Below are positions 23,601-34,631 of a DNA stretch of 64,000 nucleotides, piece by piece; the stretch's first letter is position 1; each line of letters begins with the position of its first letter. A model generated the notes under the pieces. The model was not told where the DNA came from, searched no databases, and saw only the letters and a list, made by a program, of their open reading frames with translations. The stretch covers positions 992,001 through 1,056,000 of the forward strand of contig NC_043021.1 of the NCBI RefSeq assembly GCF_006345805.1, in the 5' to 3' direction. The DNA is from Octopus sinensis. Its lineage: Eukaryota. Made by a program: the position numbers and the translations under genes.

Positions 23601-26600
23601 AGCCTCAGGAATTTGAAGAAATTATACCTTTGCAGCTACATCAGTATCCCTAATGACACTGTCCTTCGCTGTTTAAAAGGGTCTGCAGATCCGTGCATCA
23701 CTATAGCAGACATCCAATCCTGGGGAGTCATTCACTGCCAGAAGATGATGAACTGAGGTATCGTCATGGAAACTGCATTCGGCTTCTAGCATAGAATCCC
23801 AGAGGTTGTCATCTAAAGGAAGAAAGTGGTGTCATCGTCCTGAACTCTTTTCTGCTGAAGCTGAATCTTGCTCTTGAACACTGCAGTGAAATGTTCAGGG
23901 GATTCACAAATTAACCAGGTAGGCAATCTTTGTTATGAAATAGTCATCTTGTATCTTTTCATGAAGAAGACGAACTTTCAAAGTACAACAGTGTTCCAAC
24001 AGTATTAGGATTTCCTCTCGAAATTGTAGCACCTAATTCAGAACCTTGCCACATGAGAGCCAACAGACCTGTGTGTGAAACAGGAGAACAGAGAAGCCAG
24101 TGCCCATTTCTTCACAAAGCACTTTCAAAATCCTTAATGCTGTTGTGCTCCCTTGGGTATGGTTCACAATCTTCACAACATATGCAAGCACTTCTTGAAG
24201 GCCAGGTGGTAGAGTTTTCAAATGCCAAAGCATAATGATGATTGATGCAATGAATGTAGGAGACATGCAGAGCAACATTTTTCACAAAGGTTTTGAAGTT
24301 GGATTTGCAACCAATCATATGAGCTCCATCTGTACACAGACCAACAAGTGCTTCCCAGCTCAGCCCATGTTCAAAGAGAAAGGCTTCTAAGATTTTGAAA
24401 ATATCTTCTCCATGAGCTGTGGTGGCCACTGGCTCAGAGAACAAATACTCCTCCTTCATAACTTCTCTGTCAACAAGGTGTTGGGAACTTAGCAAAGGCA
24501 AAAGTTTTAGTGAAACCTAGAACCCAACAATTATAAGAGAGTGGCCATATTCAATATACCGAAAAACAGTTGATAGGAACAGTGCACAAGAAATAGTGGA
24601 ATCACTGGCAGCCAGAAGAAAATTCTGCCTGCAGCAGATGCACACGCATAATTATCATTAAGTACACCTATAAAAAATTCTTTCAAATACTCACCAAATC
24701 ATTATTATTTCCATTACCTAGGTGATCAAATTAACAGTGAATGAAAGTGTTCAAAAAGCATTGTTGTAAAGAGAATAGAGTGGAGAAAGTTCAGGGATCT
24801 ATTGTTGCTTCATCAATAGTTTTAAGAGGTTTTGGCAACAAAGGGTGACTCCTCTCCAAATCAAGGGCAGCTTGTATGAAGCTTGTGTTACATGGAAATG
24901 AAATATGAGCATTGAACATATTCGGCTGAATGTGTAATGTTAGTGTGGATGGACAACGGAGCAGAAATCACATGAGGAGCCAGATGCAGTGGCAAGGAGA
25001 GAAGGTTACCTTGGTATGGACACACATTGCGTAGGAAAGATGACTCCTGGGTAAAGGTCCAAGTGAAAGAAATTTGTAGAAGAGGAGGACATAGGAAGAG
25101 GTAATGATGGCTGATCTCAGGAGATTGAACTTTACGAATGAAATGACAAAGCATTAGAACAAATGGGGAGATGTTGTGTCAGAGAAAAACTCTTAAACCT
25201 ATACAAAAAAAAAAAGTGGGAGAAAAGATTGTCGGGCCATGTGAAATCATAGTTGTGGACAGTGCTTGTGGCACGTAAAAGGCACTCACTACACTCTTGG
25301 AGTAAAATAGTAGTTGTGACGGATACGGATGTCACACAAATGGTGGCACGTAAAAGCACCCATTACACTGTCGGTTGGCGTTAGGAAGGGCACCCAGCCG
25401 TAGAACCCATACCAAATCAGACTGGAGTCTGGTGCAGCTTGCCAGCACTGGTCAAACCTATGCCAGCATGGACAACGGATGTTAAATGATGACAATGAGT
25501 TGATGATGGTCAATTTCATCATCGTTAGGTCATTAATGAAGGTCGAAGTTGGTGTATCTTTAGCAAATTATCACAATTATATTTTCCTCTACAGTAACCC
25601 TCTTTATTGAGAGGAAAAACGTATAAGCGACGAAGATATCACCGTTCTACAAGCTTTTTACACTGAAACAATATTACCATTTTAATACCAGTGATATAAC
25701 AGGTCAATCTAGCCCCCTACAAGTGGTCATTAATTCAACTAACTGCGACTTTTATGATTAAGCATTTAAAATAAGAACTGGTCGTGGTGAATCAATAGAA
25801 GTTTGGGAATAGTGGTCCCGGTGCGCGCACTAACGTAGCTGCGCATCCGCGCTAGCTAGTCGTGATTAGTCGACCCTACAAAGACTACCTAGCAAAGTAA
25901 ATAAAACACAAAATAAATAATTTTTTAAACAAAGTAAATTACACACAAAAACACAAAGTAAGGATCGACTAGTCATGACTAGCTAGCGCGGATGCGCGAG
26001 TACTGGAGTGCGCGCACCGGGACCACTGTTCTCAAGTCGTACCGAAGTTTGTTTACATTAATAAAACAACTGTAACTTCCTCGTCCTCCTTCTCTTCCTC
26101 ACATCACTTTGTCTTCATTATTTGACAGACAAATCCTTAGATGGCGAGAAATAGAAATTTTTTTATCTCAGTTTGGTAAATACTGTGTCGCAATGAAATG
26201 AGTAATGACGTTTGTCGAAATTAGAGGGAAGAGAGAACAGAGATGATGCTAAGGGGACGAATTAGGTTCTTATCCCCGGTCCCTTTCCAACGAACCAAAT
26301 ACTAATTCCAGTAAAAAAAGAAATTCAATATTCATCATTACAGGCAGGTGATATACATTTACCAGTCTTCAGTCAAGGGACGATTCCCCAATAACAATAA
26401 AACGGAGACATTTCCTATTAATTTCAAACTTTATAAACAGTCTCCAACGAGGATCGAACTCGTACAGCTCTAACTCATATGATCACTGTGTAACTGCTGA
26501 CAGGTGATCATTTTTGCTTTGTTTAATGCCTTTAGTTTGTTGTAAAAACATTATTAAATAGTTTTAGCAACTTATTGTGTAATTATCAAGTAAATAATTA

Positions 26601-27011
26601 TAAACCCCCCAAAAAGGTCGATATCTTTTTAAAGACTGTCATAGACACGAAATATTGGCATCACTCGATATAAAACAGCGACTGCAATGTATTTGTGGTG
26701 TGTCAGTAAATGTATAAACGTATAAGATGTATAAACGTATAAATATATGGCTGTGTTGTCACTAAATGAAGAGAAAGAAACATTTGACGGTTTTCTGGCC
26801 AACTTACCTCCGAGAATCGTTTTTGGCAGATTTGTTTCTCATCCCGTGTAAGACGCGATTGTTTATTAAAGCCATTAGCTGCCTCTTCACACAATACATC
26901 ACAAATGTCTTGTAGAGACTGGACGGCATCGGACGGAATGGTCTGCTTCAATTCCCCGTTTCTTGGCTCCTCACAAATATTTTCTTCGCGATTTTCGCTT
27001 GCCGCCGCCAT
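17001..27011 (-). CDS. NSL1: Kinetochore MIS12-complex subunit NSL1, 5 coding exons, 257 aa (gene span)
   Basis: Exons 27011-26808, 22590-22515, 21320-21160, 19607-19485, 17210-17001; GT-AG, phases 0,1,0,0. [21 protein letters not shown] aligns by eye with human NSL1 LEDQFDEIIVDIATKRKQYPR, and SKTHQLIF with QRIHQEVF. Length fits. Identity is from recalled family sequence, not a search. Confidence 0.8.
17770..18380 (+). mobile_element. RTE LINE 3' fragment with SINE-type tail
   Basis: [17 protein letters not shown], homologous to 12270-12330; (GAT)n tail. Confidence 0.8.
19485..19607 (-). CDS. NSL1: NSL1 exon 4 ([14 protein letters not shown]...LSSLSK)
   Basis: ttttctgcag acceptor, GTAAGT donor; 41 codons, phase 0/0. 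Confidence 0.82.
19826..20645. mobile_element. RTE-clade LINE fragment with an inverted 5' segment
   Basis: Minus 20082-19826 encodes [15 protein letters not shown]...[10 protein letters not shown] (RT). Plus 20083-20645 encodes KQLEQF..RALHRIL...WTGHVMRM (post-RT) and the 3' end. Confidence 0.8.
21160..21320 (-). CDS. NSL1: NSL1 exon 3 (SSDMNLEK...[12 protein letters not shown]...GYL)
   Basis: cctcttccag acceptor, GTAAGT donor; most conserved NSL1-like motif. Confidence 0.88.
22515..22590 (-). CDS. NSL1: NSL1 exon 2 ([25 protein letters not shown])
   Basis: acacacag acceptor, GTAAAT donor; phase 0/1 bridges exons 1 and 3. Confidence 0.8.
22775..23110 (+). mobile_element. RLE-type (R4/Dong-like) LINE 3' fragment
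   Basis: [36 protein letters not shown]; begins right after (AAT)n. Confidence 0.8.
23116..24560 (-). mobile_element. Degenerate hAT (Buster/Charlie/SPIN-like) transposon
   Basis: TIR CAGTGGTTCTTAACCT at 23116; remnant GEDIF...[12 protein letters not shown]...[10 protein letters not shown]. The second TIR was not found. Confidence 0.85.
25803..26035. mobile_element. CpG-rich foldback MITE with ~75-bp inverted arms, in NSL1 intron 1
   Basis: Arms (GAA[T/C]AGTGGTCCCGGTGCGCGCACT...GCGCATCCGCGCTAGCTAGTC) around an A-rich spacer; no TSD seen. Confidence 0.75.
26808..27011 (-). CDS. NSL1: NSL1 exon 1 ([10 protein letters not shown]...QKRFSE)
   Basis: aaaaATGGCG start context, 68 codons, GTAAGT donor, CpG-rich setting. 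Confidence 0.85.
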
Positions 27012-27071
27012 TTTTAAAGCTAGCCTCGTTTTCATTCAAACGCGTTTCAAATGTCGTTTTGCGCATGCGCA
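27004..27071 (-). promoter_or_regulatory. NSL1 core promoter motif cluster (YY1, CHR-MluI-CHR, NRF1), possibly shared with POT1
   Basis: GCCGCCATTTT (YY1-type) overlaps the ATG. TTCAAA (=TTTGAA on the minus strand) at 27035-27040 and 27046-27051 flank ACGCGT at 27040-27045. Perfect palindrome TGCGCATGCGCA at 27060-27071. Local CpG enrichment. Confidence 0.65.
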
Positions 27072-27226
27072 GACCGTGGTTTGCTCTTCGTCTTCGACGT
27101 TAAATACCTTCACTGAGGACACCATTTCCTCACTGATCAGATCGAAATAAGACCAAAATATGTTTAAAGTTGCTTTAAGTACAATAAAATTTCTTTTTTT
27201 ACAGAATCTACCGTAAGGTAACAGCT

Positions 27227-27620
27227 GGGATCTTTTCGGTTTGAACGGCAGTTTTTTCTAGCGGTATCATATGAAATTGTCACCCATAATTATGACCCTA
27301 GTATCGATCTATTGCATTTCAATCTGTTTTAGGGTTATCTTTTTTTCTTCACAAATGTAAATAAAGCCAATCTGTTTCTTAAACGAGGGACATATTCATA
27401 CGGCACAGAGTGTTTTCGCCTCAATAGACGTCATTGATTGGTTGAAATTGCAGAAATTGAAGAAAAAAAACAACAAATATCTTACAAAATATGTAATTTT
27501 CTCAATAAAGCCAAGAGAAAAAGATGTTTTATAAACACATTCTACCAGTATACGAAGTTTAAAAGTGTTTAGTTACGTGGAAATTATTATAAAAATCGCC
27601 GTTCAAACCGAAAAGATCCC
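27227..27620 (+). mobile_element. MITE, GGGATCTTTTCGGTTTGAACGGC-TIR family
   Basis: Paired TIRs; interior homologous to 58668-59075. Confidence 0.85.
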
Positions 27621-29326
27621 AATAAATTTCTTTTTTTAATGAATTTACCGTAAGGTAACAGCTGGGTTGCGCGCACACGCCTTCGAGTTAAAACAATGGA
27701 TTGCCCTATGTTAATATATTTGATACGACAGTAAATGTTAACACAACAGGACCCCGACCCTCTTAGGTCATGAATGACTATAGGATTGCCCCTAGAAAGT
27801 TCCCCTCCGAGGCGCAAGTCCGGGCAAGGTTGTTTATGGAAGACCAGCAGTCGCCCATGCTTGCCAACCTCCCCTCTCTATCGGCGTTATCCAAGATAAA
27901 GGCAAAGGGGCCGATGCGCCCCAGTGACGTCGCAGCTCATTTCTACAGCTGAGTGAACTGGAGCAATGCGAAATAAAGTGTCTTTGCCGGGCCCAGCCAA
28001 ATACTGGAGTCTAAAGGTCAAGGTCTGACGATGTGAATTTTTCGAGTCCTCTTCACCCCCCGTTCGTGAGCAAAAGAAAAGGAAACACTGAAATATCGTA
28101 GTTTGTCGGTAAATTATATTTTTTAGCCCATGTTTTTTGAGGCGTTGGTGGGTGCTGGATTACTGATAGGGAGGTTTTTGACTTCGTTAGGGATCTGCCT
28201 TATTGATGAAACTTGGAAGGACACCTGTTGCTTCAGCTTCGCAATTACTTCCAGGAATGTCTTATTATGACAATGGCCAGCTTTATTACATTATATTCAT
28301 AAGATAATATTTTAAAAATTAAGCTTTCTAAAAACCTTTCCTTTTGTGAAATAAGGGTTAGGGTTAGAAACACATTCTACCAGCATACGAAGTTTAACAT
28401 ATTTTAGTTATCTAGAAATTATGTTAAAAACTACCGTTCAAGCCGAAAAGATCCGAAATAAGTCCTATTTGCTCCAGTAAATATTTTAAAAACATAATAA
28501 TAATATAAACTTGTTGAATATAGAAACGGTATAAATAAATGGCCATGCAACCGGGTTAGAGATTAACAGATTACGCGCCACTTTTGAACACGTGTGTTTG
28601 CATCAAAATACGTTCTACACGCTTCCCCGAAGACAACATTTACCGTTAAGGTATTTTTATAAATGTTTCTTTAAGTTTATGTGTTTGTTAAATTCAACTA
28701 ACTGATAGAAAATTTATTTTATTTCTAAGATTGTTGCTTTAGTACCAGCTCTACTCACAAGGGAAGTTGTTTTACTGACAAATTAGTTTAAAAATCCATA
28801 GTAAATATTTCCTATAGTAATAACATTTAAGTAAATATGTTTGCCTTTTCGGGATAATAGCTGTCATTCTTGACAGTCGTACCTCCGTTATCACCCGAAA
28901 CGAAAATACGTGGAAATCAAACATGAAGATCTAATTTCGGGTTTCTTTGAAGACACTGTCATTAGATTTTCTATAGATACAAACAATAATGATTCAAATA
29001 TATGTTTAATAATGTTTAGTATAAAATATATATATTTTACAAGAGTATTGCTAGTAGTAGTTCCACTAAGTTATTGTGCAGGTGACAAAACATGCCTGCA
29101 GATAATTCCCCCAAAAAGGACACCTGAACAACCGAATCTTTGTGTTACCGTTTCCTCAAATCTGGTATTAGATCTTCACCGAATTTAATAACTCAATTAA
29201 ACGATGGTGTCGAGAGCAACAGTCTTAAATAACAAACCTTATGATAACCACCACTTTTAGCCCATTAATGCATAGCGTCCAAAAAAGATGGACACAGGAA
29301 AAATTACTATTACTTGTTTCGCACTT

Positions 29327-30182
29327 GGGATCTTTTCGGTTTGAACGGCAGTTTTTAACATAATTTCTAGGTAACTAAAAAATTTTAAACTTCGTAAACT
29401 GGTAGAATGTGTCAAAATACAAATTAAACTACGTTAAACAAACAAATTACAATTTTCTCAAGAAAGCCAAGAGAAAAAAATGTTTTATTTTGACACATTC
29501 TACCAGTATACGAAGTTTTAAAGTGTTTAGTTATCTAGAAATTGTGTTGACATGTGCCGTTCAAAAGGAAAAGATCCAATTTAACAATTAAAAAAAAAAC
29601 GAAAGGCTAAAATTTAGGGTTAGTGAGCAAATGATTTTAGCTCAATAGAGGCGATTGATTGGTCAAAATTCGAAAAATTAAACTACGTTAAACTTACAAA
29701 TTACAATTTTCTCAAGAAAGCCAAGAGAAAAAAATGGGATCTTTTCCTTTTGAACGGCACTTTGTAACATAATTTCTAGGTAACTAAAAAGTTTTAAACT
29801 TCGTATACTAGTAGAATGTGTTTATAAAACATCATTTTCTCTTGGCTTTATTGAGAAAATTCTATATGTTGTAACATATTTCGTCTTTAATTTCGAGCAT
29901 TTCGGCAATTTTAACCAATCACTGGCGTCCATTTAGGTAAATAACATTCTGTGCATAATGAATATGTCCCTCCTTTAAGAAACAGATTGGATTTATTTAC
30001 ATTTGGGAAGAAAAAAGATACCCTTCCCCCCACCCCTAACCCTAAATCTAAAATAGATTGAAGTGCAATAGATCGATAGTAGGGTTCTAATTATGGGTGA
30101 CAATTTCATACGACACCGCTATGGAAAATGTGATTTTTTTCTAGCGGTGTCAAATAACTGACGTTCAAACAGAAAAGATCCC
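29327..30182. mobile_element. Nested and rearranged copies of the same GGGATCTTTTC MITE family
   Basis: Foldback copy 29327-29577, internal fragment 29600-29735, full reversed copy 29736-30182; a further half copy lies at ~28354-28460. Confidence 0.8.
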
Positions 30183-30738
30183 GTACGTGCGTAGTTTGTG
30201 TGCAGCGCTTGCTCACTCATCAAGCTCTAGTTTAGAGGCAGACTATACCAAAAACAAGCTCAATAGGTTGTCTACTTAACAATGCATTAATGGGTTAAGC
30301 ATTTACTTATTCGTTTCCATCATTTAGGGTAACCAAGGTTATTTTTATACATTTCCTGTTATTGTTTGTATCACCCAAATTACGAAGGTAAACATTAAGA
30401 AAACGGGAGAAAAATAGGATAAGCAGTAAATAAACAAAACAGTGGCATGCCCACTCCTTCAGTTACACATCGCATCGGGGTGAAACAGGTGTTCCCTGTT
30501 GGAAACTTTGGAGACGGAATGGCTTGGTGGATGACTGGTTTGTTTAGAAAATTTAATGACATTCGTGTTTGGGACAAAAGCGTTGCGTATTCGACACGTC
30601 TGCCCGTCTTTCTATTGTATGTCTTTGTCGGCAGAGATAAAGATTATATGTACACCATCCATTTTCATCTTAACAAAAACCCTAATCCCTAACCACCGGG
30701 CATACGTGTTCTTTACATTCGCCTTCTTTATCTTCTAG

Positions 30739-30773
30739 TTTTCTGCCTTTTTTTCACGGTTTTAAGTTGGATG
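30739..30773 (+). CDS. POT1: Candidate POT1 start exon (35 nt, ending in ATG|GT)
   Basis: Polypyrimidine tract plus TAG acceptor (30737-30738); the exon ends in ATG (30771-30773) followed by GTACTG. Phase 0 joins exon 34520 to give MKSRTYSYKSL. The donor is only moderate. Confidence 0.5.
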
Positions 30774-33700
30774 GTACTGTTAAGAATATTGGAATAATGT
30801 AGTTTTAATGAAGTGATGTGTGATAATTGTTTAAAAGGTTCTGGAAAGCCATAAGTTGGAAATAAAATGGGTGAAAACAAGAAAAAAAAATCACATTACA
30901 CATTTACCTTTCGTATCAGGGAAGAATGGAATAGATTTACTACAGGTTTTTGGATAACAGGTGGAGAACAGTGGGGTTTAAATGGTGTTGGTAATTCAGA
31001 GGACCATAATACAGCAGAAGAGAGAAGTAACCTGCTTAACTTTGGATCAGCCCTGATTGAGCAGAAAAACTTTCCAACCATGAAAAACCAATCATAATTT
31101 TAAACATGGGATACTATAGAGTTATAAATGCACTATGTATCCATTTTTTAAAAGATAGCTAATTGTAATCACTGCTATTCATGGCAGGTCAAACGACCCA
31201 TGTTGGCTTAACAGAAGCAGGGCATCTCAGAGAAATTTGGTAAGTTAAAATAAAATTGCTTTTGGTGTCCACCACCATCTGAATGGAGTTGGAGGAGGCT
31301 CCTCTCAGAATTCAAGGAATTTTGAGCTGCTGCTTTTTTTCTTCTTTAGGGAGGTGCCGAGCAGATAGGTATGGGCCACTCCTTGGTTCTTCAGGCTTCT
31401 GCACTGATATACCAGCAGAACATCCCTTTCATAGGCCCAAAAGAGTAGTAGTAGTTTAATTTCAGGCCTGTTAATTAATTGGACAAAATTGATGTTAAAC
31501 ACCTCATTGCTACTTTCTCTTTATGTTCGCCTCACATATCTACCAAACCTCCTCCACCATCCCTGCCCAGAGCCACTCCTATATTTCTAACCATCACCTG
31601 CTCAGTCACCTCTTCCCCATCTCTAACCATCTCCCTTCACACTTATGTGACAGCCCCTTCTACTGCCTCAGTTCACTCACCCTATCCAAACCTCTGTCCC
31701 ACTTATATTCACCCCCACCCCACTGTACCTTGTGGGCATGTCCCAACACATCTCCATCACCATATTTCTGTCTCTGCCTGTCCTGTCTTTCTTCCTTGCT
31801 CTTCTTCTCCCTTTTCTCTCCTTTCCTTTCCAACTGGGGCGGCCATGTTGCTCCTCTATAGTAAGGTACTTATTCTTTATCCCTATTTTAATCTCCCAAC
31901 AGGTACAAAGCCACTCCATCAATACTACTTCTCTTCCCTCTTAAGAGGGCCTTTGTATTGCAGTTAGTTGGTGACCCCACTGATGTTGGTGCCAGTGATA
32001 CATAAAAAGCACCCAGTCCACTCTGCAAAGTGGTTGCATCCATCTATAGAAACCCTTCCAAAAGAAACAAGGGAACCTGGCAAAGTCTTCTGGCTTGTCA
32101 GCTCCTCCTGTCAAACAGTTCAACCTATGCCAGCATGGAAAACAGACATTGAGTAATGATGAGGAGGATGCCATGTGTTTACACCTTCACTGGATACAGT
32201 TATGCATTAGTAATGATAAGGGCATCTCAGCATAGAAAAACTGCCTCAAAAGCCTCTCTCTGACCTAATTGGCATGGGAAAGTGGACATTAACATGATGA
32301 TGATGATGATTGACTTAAAAAGCCATGAAATAAATTTAACAAAAATCATTTCATAAAATTGTTGATGAGAGAAGCAGTGAAGTGTTCATTGTGATTATTG
32401 AAGAACAGATTTTGCTGAAAGCACCATTGTTTGATTAGACTTTGTAGACAGTTTAGAATAACTTCACATTAAGTGAACCAAACATTTTTAAAAATATTTA
32501 ATTAAAATTCCATTCATAGCAATGAGAAAAAAGTCTTTAGTTTTAATGATTTTGCAATGAAAAGTGAAATAAGATCACCCTTATTCTTCATTGAATGTCT
32601 CCAATTTGGACTTCAGAGTTTTCTCCCATGCATTGTTCCATTATTTTTTTTTTTAATCCGAATTAATCGTTAGCCATTTTCAAACCAACCCATCTGAGAC
32701 TACTTTTGATTCTATTATACAAAATTCACCATGATTCTTTGACAATCATTGTCCATGGGTTGGACATATGTCAAATTTCCATTTCCTGTAATTCTCCAGA
32801 AATAATGGAAATTTGTAATGATGTGGATGAAATCTGGTGTTCTTCAGATAAAAACATTTGTAGAAAGTTAATGCATCCCTATTTTCTGATATTTTTATGA
32901 ACTCATTGATAATGATAGTTTTATGTTGAATTTTAATCTTATCAGGTGTTTTTTTTTTTTTTTTACAAAGGAATACACTTGGAGAAGAATACTTCTTAAT
33001 CCAACCGGCAACGTTTTTGTTAAAAACCAAAAGAACTGTGATTTGAAACATTTCCAATTGATCTGAAAGCAAAGCAGTTTTGATTTTTTTTAAATGGAAC
33101 AAAACACGTCTGTAAGTATATTTTTTCTTTCTTTCTATCAATGACTTATGGCAACACTTTCAAACTGACTTGACATTGTTTCCTTCTTTTGAATGTCTTT
33201 TCTGCTTTGGATGTGTTTCTTTGTAGATTTAATCAATTCTTAATCATAGCAATAATCTTTTCTACTATAGGCACAAGGCCTGCAACTTGATGGAGAGGGT
33301 AGGGGTTCCAGTTGATTACCTCAATTCCAGTGCTCAACTGGTACTTATTTTATCAGTGCTGAAAGGATGAAGGGAAAAGTAGACCCCAGCAAAATTTGAA
33401 CTGTGAACTCAAAGATAGACGAAATGCCGCTAAGTATTTTGCCTGGCATGTTAATAATGCCGCCTTCAATAATAATAATAAATTCCCTCATTCAGTACTA
33501 GGTATTGAGTCTCATGGCTTCTGATCTTAACTTATTGGAAGAGTTATCATGTACATGTTTTGTCTTGGTATAAAAGATTCTGCTCAGTACCACAGATTTG
33601 CTTGTCAGTTGTTTGACCTTAACCAGATGAACATGTCCTTTAATGGCTGATGATATGTGCATCTTTGATCATGAGTAGAAGCAGTGGGGGAGCATCATAG

Positions 33701-34519
33701 CCATGTGTTGAGAGGAATTCTTTGGGATTTGAATAATTCATCTCTGGAAACATGGGTGTTTCATTGATCATCCTTAAACAACCCTTATTCAAGGACTGTT
33801 TAAGCAGGATGGACTACTTGACTTGAAGAAAATTTCGACTGGCCCCTTCCTGCAAGGTCATGTGCTGTTTATCTTTATATGAGATCATCATGTTGTGCAC
33901 ATGCGGTTGTGATTTATTTACCCTTATCAGATGGGCAGTCATGATGGGTGTATTGGGGTTTTGTATAATTGTACCCCAGTGTCACTTTGATGGCATTTAC
34001 TGCTCCCTCTCCCCAAAATAATCACAATGGTTTAAAATTTTGGCACAAGTCCAGCAACCTGAGAGGGAAGGGGCCAATCAGTACCATCAAATGCAGTACT
34101 TGACTGGTTCTTTCTTTTATTGACTTGGAAAGGATGAAATGACAAAGCTGACCTTGGTGAGATTTGAGCTGAGAACATTGAGAGATTTTACTAAATACCA
34201 CAAGGTATTTTATCAGCTGCTCTAATGATACTGTCATCCACCAAATAATAATCTTTTCTATAGGTGAAAATCTTGAGGGAGGGGACGAGTTGATTACATC
34301 AACCCCAGTGTGTAACTTGTACTTATTTCATTGACCTTGAAGGGATGAAGGGCAAAGTTGACTTCAGTGGAATTTGAACTCAAAATGTTAAGATGGACGA
34401 AATAGAGGATTATTTTGAATATTTTCATGTTTTCACTTTGTAAAACCTTATAAACCTGCCTCCATCCTGTTTTGGATGTTTGGATTTAAAATTTCAAAAT
34501 CTTTTTATTATTCTTCCAG

Positions 34520-34631
34520 AAATCAAGGACCTATTCATACAAATCCTTAATTACTTTGAAACCAGGCATGTTGGTTGATGTGTATGGAATTGTAAAATTT
34601 CATAAGTTGCCATTTAAAACCAAGGGCACAG
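34520..34631 (+). CDS. POT1: POT1 exon (KSRTYSYKSLITLKPGMLVDVYGIVKFHKLPFKTKGT), start of OB1
   Basis: ttcttccag acceptor, GTAAGG donor. Confidence 0.95.

Noticed and set aside
30867-31097. 76-aa plus-strand ORF upstream of POT1
   Set aside because: No recognisable motif and no in-phase donor linking it to POT1.
32480-33200. Possible pogo/Tigger transposase remnant on the minus strand
   Set aside because: Too degenerate to confirm motifs or TIRs by eye.
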